From the NCBI GenBank assembly GCA_028534125.1, contig CM052817.1, positions 29,514,001 through 29,578,000 on the forward strand: a stretch of 64,000 bases of DNA, read 5' to 3'. Position numbers and translations under genes: made by a program. Shown here one piece after another: positions 48,841 through 61,940 of the stretch (position 1 is the stretch's first letter; each line of letters starts with the position of its first letter). Below the pieces are notes generated by a model. That model did no database searches, was not told the origin of the DNA, and saw only the letters and a list, made by a program, of their open reading frames with translations. The DNA comes from Lama glama. Taxonomy: Eukaryota.

Positions 48841-49774
48841 AAGATTCTAAAACCCCAACTAAGGTAGCATTTATCTATAACCAGTGCTTTCCAGCCTGGA
48901 GCTATTAATATCCAAAATACCAGAATATAAAATCACAGACAAAACAAGAAAGGAATTTCTGATTTTATAATAAGTAAGAAAGCATTAAAAAATTAGCTCA
49001 CTTGGACTACTTGGATTTTAGCTATAAAAATCAATTGCTCCAATTTTGAGTATATGCTTGTGAAAATATTTTTGGAAATTTTCCCTTTATGTTCTCTATT
49101 AAGAATATATTTAGTAAATTCGATTAGTTTTAATCATTTAATTTGACTGGGAAGTTGACTTGTATCTGGGTCTGCTAAACCTGCTCATTAAAAGAAAGAG
49201 CCGAATAACCTAAGTAAATGAGTAAACTTCATTTTACTAAGAACAAAAATAATTCCCAGGAGAATTTGGGGCTCTTAGCAGATGGGGCATGTTAGATGGC
49301 TTTGTTTATCAGGCTTTTCTATAGCAAGCAGATTTATACTGAATTTGCAATAAATTTTTATTTAGAAAAATGATATAATAATGATTTTGAAATACTGTCA
49401 TATATCTTCAATAAAAGTAATGTAGAACTATAACATACAAAGAAGATAAATGCAGAGATTCTTGGTTGAATCAGGAAGGGAGGACTGGGTACCTCAAATG
49501 CTCATTCTTTGGCCACCACTGCCCCCTCCCCACTACCATTTGCAGCAGCCTCTGAAAAGTGGTATTTTTGTGGTATCCCTTATGAAGAGAATCATTGGAA
49601 ACTAGTTTAGGCATGAGTTTTGACCAACCCTTTCTCTATACAAATGTCAGAGTAGTTTTTAATAACTAGAGATATTAAAATCCAACAGTAGCTTCTTTTT
49701 AACTTCAAAACAAATGAATGACAATTAAAAACAAAAATAGGGTAGTGTGGAGAACATGTGGGCATGGAAATAAC

Positions 49775-50390
49775 TCGGAGCAGAGAGACTTATTAGAGGC
49801 TAAACATTAACCCAAGAAAGAAGTGGTTGTGATCTAAATCATGATAGTAGCAATGTTGGGAGAGATGGGAATAGGAAAGTGGATAGGTTCAAATCATAGA
49901 ATTTTTTTGTAGGATTTTTTGGATTGTAGGATTCAGAAGATTAGAGGCTTGGAGTGCTTTAGTGGCTAGCGGAAAGATAAGAAGGAGGGAGAATCAAGGT
50001 AAGAAGAGTAGATTTCTGGCTGAGGAGTAGAATGAGAGTAATACTATTCATAATACAATAAATTTAGGGAGAGTGACTTCAGTTTGACACACGCTGAGTT
50101 TTCAAGGTCCCTGAGAACCTTTAAGGAGAAGAGGCTGTTAAGATGGACTTATATATCCACGAATCAGGAAAGAGCTGACTGGAGACGTGTGTGTGAGCGC
50201 ACGTGCGTGTGTATGTATGGCTGACAAGTGGGGCAATGAACACTAATGAAATCAAGTGAATGTGAACAGTAAGATTTGGAAGGAAAAGAAAGGGAGAAGG
50301 GAGAGAAAAATGATAGAAAGGGATCTACAGAAGAGCATTTTGCAAGGAGCATGCGAAGAGGAGCCCACCCAGAAGAATAAAATGATGGTC
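49775..50390 (-). mobile_element. L2 LINE fragment
   Basis: 'gagggagaatcaagg...gatttctggctgagg', 'ttcagtttgacacacgctgagtttt'; purine-rich L2 antisense pattern. Confidence 0.6.
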
Positions 50391-51094
50391 ACGAAATATT
50401 TTCCTCTAGAACTTTTCTTATTTATGTAAATATCTTTTTAAAATTTCTGTTTTACTACTAGGTATCAAAAGTCCCAAAGTCATAGCAATCTTATTTACCT
50501 TTATGAACATTAAAAATAAAAGTATTTTGGATACTGAAGTATAGATTACTAGAAAGCTAGGGTTATATTTCTATTTCTAGATATTCTAGATTCAGAAATA
50601 ATTTAACTGTTTTGATTTGTGAATGGGATTGGAAATTCTATTACATATTGGTTTTTGCTAATAAATTGTAAGTCCAAATCCAAAATTATGACTGCCATAA
50701 CAGAACAGAATCACGTAACTGCGTTTCCATAAAGATAATTTAAAATGAGAAAAAAAAACTAATCTCAAAAAAATCTGTCTTCCCAAAAACAACTTTTCTT
50801 GGAGAAAATCTGGAAATAAGTGAATTAAAATTTAAATTGTATACATCAAAGCAATTCTATATCATCAGACTTATACTTGGAGGAAAGTTGTGAACAGATG
50901 ACTGTTCACAAAGTTTTAAAGGGTAACAAGAAAGCAAAAAATATGACACAAGATTACAGAAACAATTTTTGCAAGGGAAAAAATGGGGGATGTGAAAAAA
51001 AGAAATGTGAAAAACTCATAAAGTTCAGGTAATTTCTTTAAAAATTACTTTAAGTAAAATCGGCCTTAGGTGTCTGAGACATGGAGCACCAGAA

Positions 51095-51305
51095 TAGTGC
51101 TTCCCAGGCATCTGTCTTACATTCTTAAATCCTGTTCAAATGATCTCTCTACAACTATTATGAAAAATTAGAATTATTAAACCTATTTTACAGGTTAGAA
51201 AATCGAGATTAATGGACATGAAAGTTACACAGGACGTAAATAATGCAGCAACAATTTGTACTTTGGTGTGTTAAATACAAAAGCTATGATCTTTCCATTC
51301 TATGA
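51095..51305 (-). mobile_element. MIR SINE
   Basis: 'cctattttacaggttagaaaatcgag...aaagctatgatctttccattctatg'. Confidence 0.6.
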
Positions 51306-51529
51306 TGATGTACTCCATCTAACAATGTTTTGCTAAAATAAAAATCTAACTATACATTCTCCTGCTTATATTAGCCTTTAATTCATTATTTACTTTTTAA
51401 AGTTGTTATGACATTATTTGTTTCTAGGTTTATGTATATTGAACTAATTAAGCAAATTTGAGATAGTATCAATATTAAATTAATAGAAATAGTTTCTCCC
51501 ATTTTGCATATAAGTGCTCAAAATATGTA

Positions 51530-51794
51530 GCTTAACAGAAGCTGAGGGCTGAGGTCAAGGAGAGGAAATACTATAACCCACAGCATGACAGGGAAGGAGT
51601 TGGGCAAAATAACAAGTTCTGACTTTGCTGTCTCCCTATCTTCTGATAATCTGCCAAACAAACCCTTTGCTAAACCCAACCAGATGATCCTAATTTTCCA
51701 GTTCTTCGTGGCAGTTGGCATCAACAGGGCAGAGAGTAGAGAGAAGAAAGGTGGAAAATGGATCAGGAAGGGTAAATGAAAAATATTCAACACA
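51530..51794 (-). mobile_element. ERVL LTR33-like fragment (5' part)
   Basis: The minus strand begins 'tgtgttgaatatttttcatttacccttcctgatccattttccacct...tctggttgggtttagcaaaggg', like the recalled LTR33 start. Confidence 0.65.
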
Positions 51795-53529
51795 GCTGCT
51801 AATTGCAGGGATGTGATAGTCTGAATATTTTACGCATTTATGATGTCATTTCGTATAATCCACCAGAGAGCACCTCTTATATTATTTGAAAATAAGCTAG
51901 TTTTAGAAGCTTCTTTTATACATTATGCTTTAATTTACATAATACAATTAGTTCACTGATCACACTCTTACAGGCACTCTGAATTGCCACAATGATCCTT
52001 CGTTTTCAAACATTTCTTGCGTGTTTCTTTTAAATTCTGGCTGCATAATTTCCACTTAACCTCTGCACCCGTGTTGCTCTTTCAATTTCTATAACCAGCT
52101 CACTCTGTTTTCTCTTTTGAGTAATGTCCTGCCTATAATCCTGACTGGTTTTACTGACTTTTAATTATAAATTGTAACTTGTTCTCTATTTTTCCCTTTC
52201 ATCACATAAAAATTGTGAATACAGAACAAATATTTCAAGAGATGATTTTTCCACAAGTCACCTTTTTAGATAACTGGGATGAGGTATGTTGATAGAAAAT
52301 ATTCCTCAAAAGACAAAATATTTAAATGAGATATCCATCGCCCAGTAGTTGCACTTTTGTAATGTCCTTGGGGACATGCTAATGTCAGGTTAATACACAC
52401 TTCCTCTTTGTAGAAATTTCAATATATAACTGTATATTATGTTTTCTTAACATGTGTGTTATCTTATCTCAATATTTTGCAATGAGTACATTGAAAGTCA
52501 GAAATCCTATGTATATCATCCAGAATCATCAGCTAAAAATGACAAAATAGTAATTCCAGCCATGTTTACTGTCTCAATAGTTTACACATACTTCACTGTA
52601 TACATATTTAAGGCATGTGTACACAGACTCTTACAACCTCACTTTTGGAGGATAAGGTATTAGTAAGTCTTCCATTTTGGTATGATAAGAAAGTCTTGAG
52701 TTTCTAAATATTTGTAAAAGGGAGCAACTGCTCTTGGAGAGAAAAATAGCAGGCACAAATTTACCTTATCAGTCCTTTACAAGAAAATAATTGGAAAGCA
52801 GGGAGAGATATAATAGGTCACCTCAAAAAAGGACAGCATTTACAAGAGACCATGACATGATAAGAACAAGGATATTATAAACTTGCGACTATTGTCATCC
52901 ATCATACTGGGAACACAAATAAGGATGAGATTTGGAAAAAGGATACATGTGGGCAAAGCTGGGTTTAAATTATAAGGGCTTACTAAAGATTTACACTGTG
53001 TTTTTCTCAGAAAGTATTTTTTTTCTCATTAGAAGCAATTTAAAAAATAACCCGACATCATAGGTAGGGTAAATGCAAATGACTCAGGTCTAGCAATAGA
53101 GGGCACACATCATTTCTGTAATCAAATGGAAATCTCATGAGCATTATGAAAGTAACCAGAGCAGCTGACTTTGAATTTTGCCAAAAAGACAGATGCTCTC
53201 GGAACAGCCCCTTCCACTGCTGGTGTCTGAATCCCAGTAGGACACTATTATCATGCTGTTCCACTTGTATTTTATTATTTTACTCATAGCCCCATTTTAC
53301 TCAGAATATTGAAACTTTCATGGAAATTAAATGCCATGTGTTCACATTAGACTTTCACCAGCAGCTCTATTCTATGTAAAATATTCTAGTCTAAGAAGAG
53401 TTTGACCCCAGTCTTGCTGAAAACATTTCCTCCTTAGTCATCTAAATGCCAATTATTAAAAAATTTTGCACTAATATTTTAAAAGATAAAGGTCTCAGTT
53501 TTACATATATAAAATAAAATTATTTAAAC

Positions 53530-54154
53530 TGAAACTAATCAGGACCATGCAGGGCCCTCTCAAGGACAGATCACTCCCTCTCATGTCCCCTGCCTCTTGG
53601 CTTTGGCCTCTTTGGCCTTCCCTGAGTTCCAAAGAGCAAATTTTATCAGAGAAGTGAGAAAATGCAAAAATTAAACAGTCAAGCAAGACAAAATAATAAC
53701 TGTTTAGCCATAAAACAAAGTCAAGCAACTTTAATTCCTCCTCAAGGGCTATGGGTAATATCTTGAGCCATATCTTTTAGTTGTTTTGCTGTTACTATTC
53801 CTATCAGGTGGAGGAAGTTAACTGCATGCTGACCACCAGTATACAGACCCAGGACCAGTTGAAACCAGAAGGTTGATAATCAGAATTGCCAAAACATCAC
53901 CTTGTTACCTTACCATCAACCAATCAGAGAACTATTCATAAGCTGACCATGCACCCTGGGATCTTCTTCCTCATGCTGTCTTTAAAAATCTTCCCTGAAA
54001 GCCATTGGGGAGTTAGGGTGTTCTGAGTACAAAATATCCATTCTCCTTGCTTGGCACCCTGGAATAAACACTGTACTTTCTTTCACCACAACCCAGTGTC
54101 AATAGAATGGCTTTGCTGCACGTTGGGAATGGACCTAAGCTCAGTTCAGTAACC
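53530..54154 (+). mobile_element. ERV1-class solo LTR, apparently lineage-restricted
   Basis: Starts 'tgaaac'; CCAAT in 'aaccaatcaga', TATA-like 'tttaaaa', AATAAA at about 54063; ends 'ctcagttcagtaac'; flanks aaac/aagc. Confidence 0.8.
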
Positions 54155-54569
54155 AAGCCTGAAGTCATTAGAAGTTATTACAAGTAATGTTGTAAAAAAA
54201 AATCAGAAATACAGAGTCAGAAGTTATATTTTTGAAGGACAAATATTAAATCCTCTATTTCCCATGTGCAATGTACACTGACTGCTTCAAATTAGGACTA
54301 ACTGTCTCCTAACACTTAAGGGGGAAATCCTAAATCATACCCTTTTATCAGGGACCCAGAAAGATTTAAACAGAGGAAAATTTTAGCCCAATTTTCTAAA
54401 TTATGTGTGTAAAATGCATTCATAGGTTTTATGTCATTTTTTAAGTTGTTATTTCAAAATGCCATGGATTTGAAAGAACAGACATAATAATAAAAAGTAC
54501 AGGATTCTAAGCTCATAGTCAGGAAAATTAGAGTAATTCTCAGTTTCTGGGTTATAACAAGAGCACATA

Positions 54570-56711
54570 CAAAAATTTTCTCCCATTTCATAGGTTGTTG
54601 TTTTATTTATGGTTTCCTTTGCTATGCAGAAGCTTGTAAGTTTAATTAGGTCCCATTTGTTTATTTTTGCTTTTATTTCTATTGCTTGGGTAGACTGTCA
54701 TAGGAGAATATTTCTGAGATGTATGTCAAATAATGTTTTGCCTGTATTTTTTTCTAGGAGGTTTTTTGTATCTTGTCTTATGTTTAAGTCTTTGATCCAT
54801 TTTGAGTTTATTTTTGTGTATGGTGTAAGGGAGTGTTCAGGCTTCACTGCTTTATATGCTGCTGTCCAGTTTTCCCAACACCATTTGCTGAAGAGACTGC
54901 CTTTATTCCATTGTATATTGTTGCCTCCTTTGTCAAAGATTAGTTGATCAAAAGTTTGTGGGTTCATTTCTGGGCTCTCTATTCTGTTCCATTGTTCCGT
55001 ATGTCTGTTTTTGTACCAATACCATGCTGTCTTGATGACTGTAGCTCTATAGTATTGTCTGAAGTCTGGGAGAGTTATTTCTCCAGCCTCTTTCTTTCTC
55101 TTCAGTAATGCTTTGGCAATTCTAGGTCTTTTGTGGTTCCAAATAAATTTTACTATGATTTGTTCTAGTTCTGTGAAATATGTCCTGGGTGATTTGATAG
55201 GGATTGCATTAAATCTGTAGATTGACTGGGGCAGTGTGACCATTTTAACAATATTGATTCTTCCAATCCAAGAGCATGGNNNNNNNNNNNNNNNNNNNNN
55301 NNNNNNNNNNNNNNNNNNNNNNNNNNNNNNNNNNNNNNNNNNNNNNNNNNNNNNNNNNNNNNNNNNNNNNNNNNNNNNNTGAAGAAATGCAACTGACTTT
55401 GAACATTAATCTTGTAACCTGCTACCTTGCTGAATTCTTCGATCAGCTCTAGTAGTTTCTGTGTGGACCTTTTACGGTTTTCTGTATATAATAACATGTC
55501 ATTGGCATATAGTGACACTTTTACCTCTTCTTTTCCAATTTGGATCCCTTTTATTTCTCTTTCTTGCCTGACTGTTGTGGCTAGGACTTCCAAGATATGT
55601 TAAATAGGAGTGGTGATAGTGGGCGGCCTTGTCTTGTCCCAGATTTTAGTGGGATGCTTTTGAGTTTTCACTGTTGAGTACATCCTGGCCGTAGGTTTGC
55701 AAGTGCAACTGACAAAGGCTTGATCTCCAGAATATATAAGCAGCTCATACAACTTAATAAGAAACAACCAAACAACCCAATCCAAAAATGAGCAAAAGAC
55801 CTAAACAAGCAATTCTCCAAGGAAGACATACTAATGATCAATAGGCACATGAAAAAATGCTCAGTATCACTAATTATCAGAGAAATGCAAATCAAAACTA
55901 CAATTAGGCATCACCTCACACCAGTCAGAATGGCCAACATTCAAAAGTCCACAAATGACAAATGCTGGAGAGGCTGTGAAGAAAAGGGAACCCTCCTACA
56001 CTGCTGGTGGGAATGCAGTTTGGTGCAGCCACTTTGGAAAACAGTACAGAGATTCCTCAAAAGACTAGGAATAGACTTACCATATGACCCAGGAATCCTG
56101 CTCCTGGGCATATATCCAGAAGGAACCCTACTTCAAAATGACACCTGAACCCCAATGTTGACAGCAGCAATATTTACAATAGCCAAGACATGGAAACGGC
56201 CTAAATGTCCAACAACAGATGACTGGATAAAGAAGAGGTGGTATATTTATACAATGGAATACCATTCAGCCATAAAAACTGACAACATAATGCTATTTGC
56301 AGCAACATGGATGTTCCTGGAGAATGTCATTCTAAGTGAGTAAGCCAGAAAGAGAAAAAAAAATACCACATGAGATTGCTCATATGCAGAACCTAAAAAA
56401 ACAAAACAAAACAAAACAAAACCATAAATACAAAACAGAAACAGACTCATAGACATAGAATACAAATTTGTGGTTGCCAAGGGGGTGCGAGGTGGGAAGG
56501 GACAGACTGGGATTTCAAACTGTAGAATAGATAAACGAGATTATACTGTATAGCACAGAGAAACATGTACAAGATATTGTGGTAGCTCACAGTGAAAAAA
56601 ATGTGACAATGAATATATGTATGTTCATGAATAACTGGAAAATTGTGCTGTACAGTGGAATTTGACACAACATTGTAAAATAACTATACTCAATAAAACA
56701 TGTTAAAAAAA
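54570..56711 (+). mobile_element. Young 5'-truncated L1 with a 5' inversion of about 1.13 kb (54570-55697 reads on -)
   Basis: Minus-strand ORF2 peptides YRFNAIPIK and [10 protein letters not shown]; plus-strand C-terminus and 3'UTR; TSD-like aagagcacata / aaaagcacaca. Confidence 0.93.
55280..55379. other. Assembly gap (100 N)
   Basis: Run of N. Confidence 1.
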
Positions 56712-56831
56712 AGCACACAGATCAACATAAAACAAAATTAAACAAATAAAAACACTGGCTTATTTGACACTGAAGTTTGTTCAGAATATCATACATGTTG
56801 CCCTGAAATTATTAGCCTTCAGAATGAGAAA

Positions 56832-57075
56832 TACAGTATAATGTTTAAAATCATGGGTTTTGGAGCCAGAGTTCCAGACTCAAAATATGTGTCTGTGATA
56901 TAATAACTAGGTGACCTTTGCCAAGTTATGTAAATTATCTGTATCTCTTCATCTGCAAATCATGTATATTCACGTACATCTGTATGCATATCATACACAT
57001 TACTGTGAAGATTAAATGAGTTAATCATGCAAAGTACTTAGAAACTATCTGGCGCATAGTAAATTCCTCATAATT
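56832..57075 (+). mobile_element. MIR SINE, near full length
   Basis: 'acagtataatgtttaaaatcatgggttttggagccaga...gtgacctttgccaagtta...tgtgaagattaaatgagttaat...gtacttagaa'. Confidence 0.85.
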
Positions 57076-57120
57076 TTTTTCAAAGTTAATTTCAAGCTAC
57101 ATAAGTGTAATATATATATA

Positions 57121-57807
57121 TACGGAGGTTCCTCAAAAAATTTAAAATAGAACTACCATATGATCCAGCAATCCCAGTACTGGGTATATTCCAAAAGAAA
57201 TGAGACAAGATATCAAGAGCTATCTGAAGACTATGTTCATTGCAGCAATATTCACAATAGCTAAGATATGGAAACCATTTAAGTGTCCATCAATGGATGA
57301 ATGGATAAAGAAGATATGATGTGTATATATATATATACAACTATTACTCAGACATTAAAAAAAAAGGACATCCTGTCATTTGGAACAACAAGGATGTACC
57401 TTGAGGACATTAAGCCACATAAAATAAATCAGACAGAGAAAGAAGATAACATAGATATTACTTTCATGTGTAATCTAAAAAAGCTGAACCTGTAGAAAGA
57501 GAGACTAGATTGATGGTTGCCTCAGTCTGAGGGATGGAGAAATAAGGAGACGTTGCTCAAAGGATACTAACTGCCAGTTATAAGATAAGTCCTGGGGACC
57601 TAATGTACAGCATGATGATTATAATTAATAATACTGTATTATATATTTGAAAGTTCCTAAGAGATTACATCCAAAATGTTTTCACCACAGAAAGAAATGG
57701 CAGTTATGTGATATAACTGAGATGTTACCTAATGCTATGATGGTAATCATTTTGCAATATATATGTCTGCCAAATCAATCTGATGTACACCTTAAATATC
57801 CACAATG

Positions 57808-57844
<37 letters not shown>

Positions 57845-57885
57845 CACACACACACATCAATTATATCTCAATAAAGTCAGAAAAT
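57121..57885 (+). mobile_element. L1MA9-like 5'-truncated L1 3' end
   Basis: 'aatagaactaccatatgatccagcaatccc', 'ctaatgtacagcatgatgattata', ending 'caattatatctcaataaag'. Confidence 0.85.
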
Positions 57886-59285
57886 ATAAATTATTGGCAA
57901 GTGTTATTTTGTCCATCACTATATGCTTTTCCTACAAAAACGAAGCGTGGGAGTGGGTTCTCAACTGAGACTTACTAGGACAGATAATAAAAGATACAAT
58001 AAAAGCCAAGAAGCACTGAACTGATAGCACATGAAGTGGATTCAATTCCTGTCTATCTCTACCACTCACAGGCCTTGGTCCTTAAGGCTCACAGTATCAT
58101 TTGTAGAACTAAACATGGAAATACAGTTAGTAGGTTATATGTTTAGTATAAATCTAGAAGGATGAATTTTACTAGCACTAATAAAATTTATGATAAAGTA
58201 TCACTTCTTTTCTAAAAGATATTTTTAGAACATAAGGGAGATATATACATGAGAATTAATTATCTTCTACTGGTGTTCTGGTGACATTTGTACAATTTAC
58301 TCCTATTTTTTTCCACATAATATTATAAACTGGTTTAATTAATTATTTCACCATGTAAAAATAAGAATGAGAAAAGTCACTAAAAACATGAAAACAGATG
58401 ACAGCCACTTGAACTGACTGTATAAACCAAATCTGTAAGTTGGGAAGATTTGTGCTGGACACAAATTCATGAAAGAAATTTATGGCATATAGCAGATACT
58501 TAAAATTTAAATGTGAAAACTTAAATGTGAATAAGCTCTCAGAGGGAATACTTATAGGTCATGAAATATATATGCATTGATTAATTTTAAGGGATGCCTT
58601 AAAAATTGGTTTAAGGCATGCCTTAAAAAAGAAAACAATTCATCTAAGCAGTTTGTATAATCTGAATTTGTATCTCATTACAATCATCATGATTAGTTGA
58701 ATTTTGATAAATAAGCCACAAAGGAAAAAAAATCACTCCCTTGTTAATTTTATCCTATAATGATTTATTTTGAAAGATATAGCTCATCCTAATTTTTCTC
58801 TCTCTCAATCTCTCTTAGCCCTTAGTGTGTGTATAAGTAAACCACACAATCTCAAAACATACTAGGAAAAAAGAATCCAAAATTTCTAATTATAAAGGCA
58901 TTTATTATCTCTTCACTCTAAATGCAATACAATTTCATCCCTAGCCAATTTTTGCTTAACAGTATCACTGTTTCCTTTAAAACTTTCTACCAGTCTACTC
59001 TCTAATTAAGTTTAATATCAGTTCTTAAACATACATTGACTCAGTTCTTTAAACATCATACATAAAAATTACAGTTCAGAAGAACTGTTGCCTAACAGAA
59101 GGTAAAACTGGTCTGTCATTGTTTCAAGTCTGAAAGCAATGCTTTTTTTCTTTAGTGAGTGTTAATGATATTTACTGATCATGAACTATGTGCCACGAAA
59201 CGAATACAAGTGAATTATCACAAATTTATTTATCTTGAATCAATGGATTAAAAGCGGATATGGGCATATTACTTCTATTGAGATT

Positions 59286-59790
59286 TATACTAGCCATCTA
59301 TTGCTACATAATAAATTACCCCTCAAGTTAGTGACTTAAAACAACAATTATTATTTCAGTTTCTCTGGGTCAGTAATCTGGGCACATGTTAGCATTGTCT
59401 CTCACGGGGTCTCTCAAAGGCTACACTCATGGGGGGCTGAGGTCTTAACTGAAGTTTCACTTACAAGCAGAATTATTGGCAAAATTAAGGTCCTCATAGA
59501 TGCTGTCAAGTAACATCAGGTCCTTGCTATGTGCACTTCTCCATAAAACAGCTCACATGTCAACTGGCTTCCATCAGAATGAGAAAGAAAAGAGACAGCA
59601 AGACAGAAGCCAGAGTACTTTGTATCCTAATCTCGTAAGTACCATTCCATCACATGCTGTGTTCGTTAGAAGTGAATGAAGTCAATCACTAGGATCAGCT
59701 TACATTCAAGGGGTAGAGGATTTACAAGAACTTTCTTAAAAACCAGGATGTGGGAATTACGTGGGACCATCTTTGAGGTTGTCTACTGTA
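59286..59790 (-). mobile_element. MaLR solo LTR (MLT1E/F-like)
   Basis: 'tctattgctacataataaattacccc...gacttaaaacaaca', 'ctggcttccatcagaatgag', 'gggaccatctttgaggttgtctac'. Confidence 0.8.
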
Positions 59791-60744
59791 GAACTGCAGG
59801 AAAAAAGGGCAAGTACTGGAGTTTGAAGTTTTTAAGTTTTGTTTCATGAACACTTCTAGTTTAAAAGGTTGTAAAATTTTGTCAATTTATTGATGTTAAA
59901 CATTTTGGAAAATCAAGATTCTAGCCAGTTTTATGTTTTGCCACAATTTCAAATATATGAATAATGCCTTCTTAATGTTTTTCATCTTGATTAGAAACAG
60001 TCACTTGGGCTCCAGTGATTTCCCATAACTGCATATTTCAGGTAATTGTTTTATAATTACATAGAAGTACTGAAATCTAAACAGAGCCAGAACTACAGAT
60101 TATGTGTAATACAAAAATTAATATTTTATAGCTACTTTATATATTCCCATCTGTTTGGTCTCTTCAGTATTATTATTTTGTTGACTGCTTGTTATTTAGA
60201 TTTTAAAGTAAAAATAATGCTTTAAATACATAGGTTCTACTAAACTGTCAAGTTATAGTTGTTTTCCTGGGCTTAGATAGTACAAGTGTTTTAGATAACT
60301 TTTTCTGATCTTAGATTATCTAACATATGTTTACACATAGAAGACAAAGTCGTATTTACAGCTATATGAATGTAGCCCAAATCTTGCTGCATTTGGGGAA
60401 AACATAATTCCTATAGCATTGCCAAAGGAAACACCTCTCATGTCATCCTAGTCCAAGTTATTAATCTTCATATGAACCTATACATATCTCTTGTAAGATA
60501 TGTAATATATGAGTATTTGTAATACATAGTATTTTTTATTTTAAGGTCAAAAGTTTTCCTTTCAGTTTGTGTTTAAAAAGGTACTGATTTTTTTCCCAAA
60601 CTACAAGTCATCTGCTTTTCCTACTGCTGCTTCTACTTTTATGAAGCTTTCTAAAACATTACAGATCTAAATTGTTAAACTCTGTTTTTCTATGTCACGT
60701 CTTCATATATGTCTTTAGACATATATGTCATATGTCTTTAGATT

Positions 60745-61940
60745 TGGATAATGTTTTTTGTCCTGAGTACCTGGATGAACAGTAGAGAAATTCACTGAAA
60801 TGACAAAGTCTATATACAGAACAGGTTGGGGACAAGAGTTGAAGAAGATCAGAACTTGACTGAGAATGTGTTGAGTATGAGAGGTTTATTGGCTAATCAT
60901 GTGGAGATATTGAATAGGAAACTGAATATGAGCCAGGATTTAAGGGAAAAAAGACAGTTACCACCATACAAATAAATGCACAGCCATGAGACCTGACAGA
61001 ATCATAGTTAATATTACTATATATGTACATTAGTAAAGGGCTCACTGCCGGATGCACACAGGAGCCAATACTATGGCACTGGCTTTTAAGAAAAGAAAAA
61101 GCCTTCTTGTAAGGTTGACTGGCAAGGAGACAGGATGTAGGGCTCAAATCTGTCTCTCTGGTGGCAAGCTAAGGTGAATATTGAACGTTAGGGCTTTGGA
61201 GTGGTGAAGAAAGGAGGAGAGTAGTTGGTTACAAAGTCCAAGGAAGTAACGTGAAGTTCTTATGGGCAGGTGCAGGCAACTTCCATGCCTCATCACGGGT
61301 TGCATGTGCCTGTTTTGGCGGGGGCTTTGATGTTAAACATGTGAGGGAATTTGGGGCTGTGATGTGAAAAGGTCACCTATGGATAAGCAAGTCTATTCTG
61401 CACAGACTTGGTTCAGACATTGGTTCTATCCCGAGTTTCATCCAGTTTTGTTGTGTTACAAACATAGGGAGTTTTATCCAGCTATTCCCTTATTTGTTGT
61501 TTTGTAAGAGTTTGAATTTCTGTTAGTCATCAGTTTCTGTTAACACTACCGGTCACGGTTTCAGGACGGGATTTTTAACCCTGTGGGCATGTTTTCATAC
61601 AGAAGATGAAGAAAAAAGCAAACTAACCAAAGAGATAAGCCTAATATTGTTAAAGAACAGAGAGTGCATCTGAGAAGCCAGGTTAAGAATGTTTAAGAAT
61701 GTGCAATTGTATCATTGCTACATATAGGTAAATAAGAAGAAGAATGAAACTTGATCTTGAATATACTGATATATTTCATTGTTGACAATGACAAAGTATA
61801 TTTCATTGTTCCATTGAGGACAAAATTCTTACTGCAATGGGCTCAAGGTAAAATGAGAGAAGACAAAATGGGAACAATAGTATAGATAAATGTGTTAAGG
61901 GGTTTTAGTGTAAAAATATCAGAAAAAAAAGTAGTAGTTA
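60745..61940 (-). mobile_element. L2 LINE fragment split by an LTR
   Basis: 'tcctgagtacctggatg...atgtgttgagtatgagagg' upstream and 'gagaagccagg...aaacttgatcttgaat...ttactgcaatgggctcaagg' downstream. Confidence 0.55.
61024..61563 (-). mobile_element. ERV1-class solo LTR
   Basis: 'aaagggctcactgccggatgcac...gccaatactatggcactggctttt...gactggcaaggagacagg...gctcaaatctgtctc' ending 'ggtttca' (TGAAACC on the minus strand). Confidence 0.75.
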
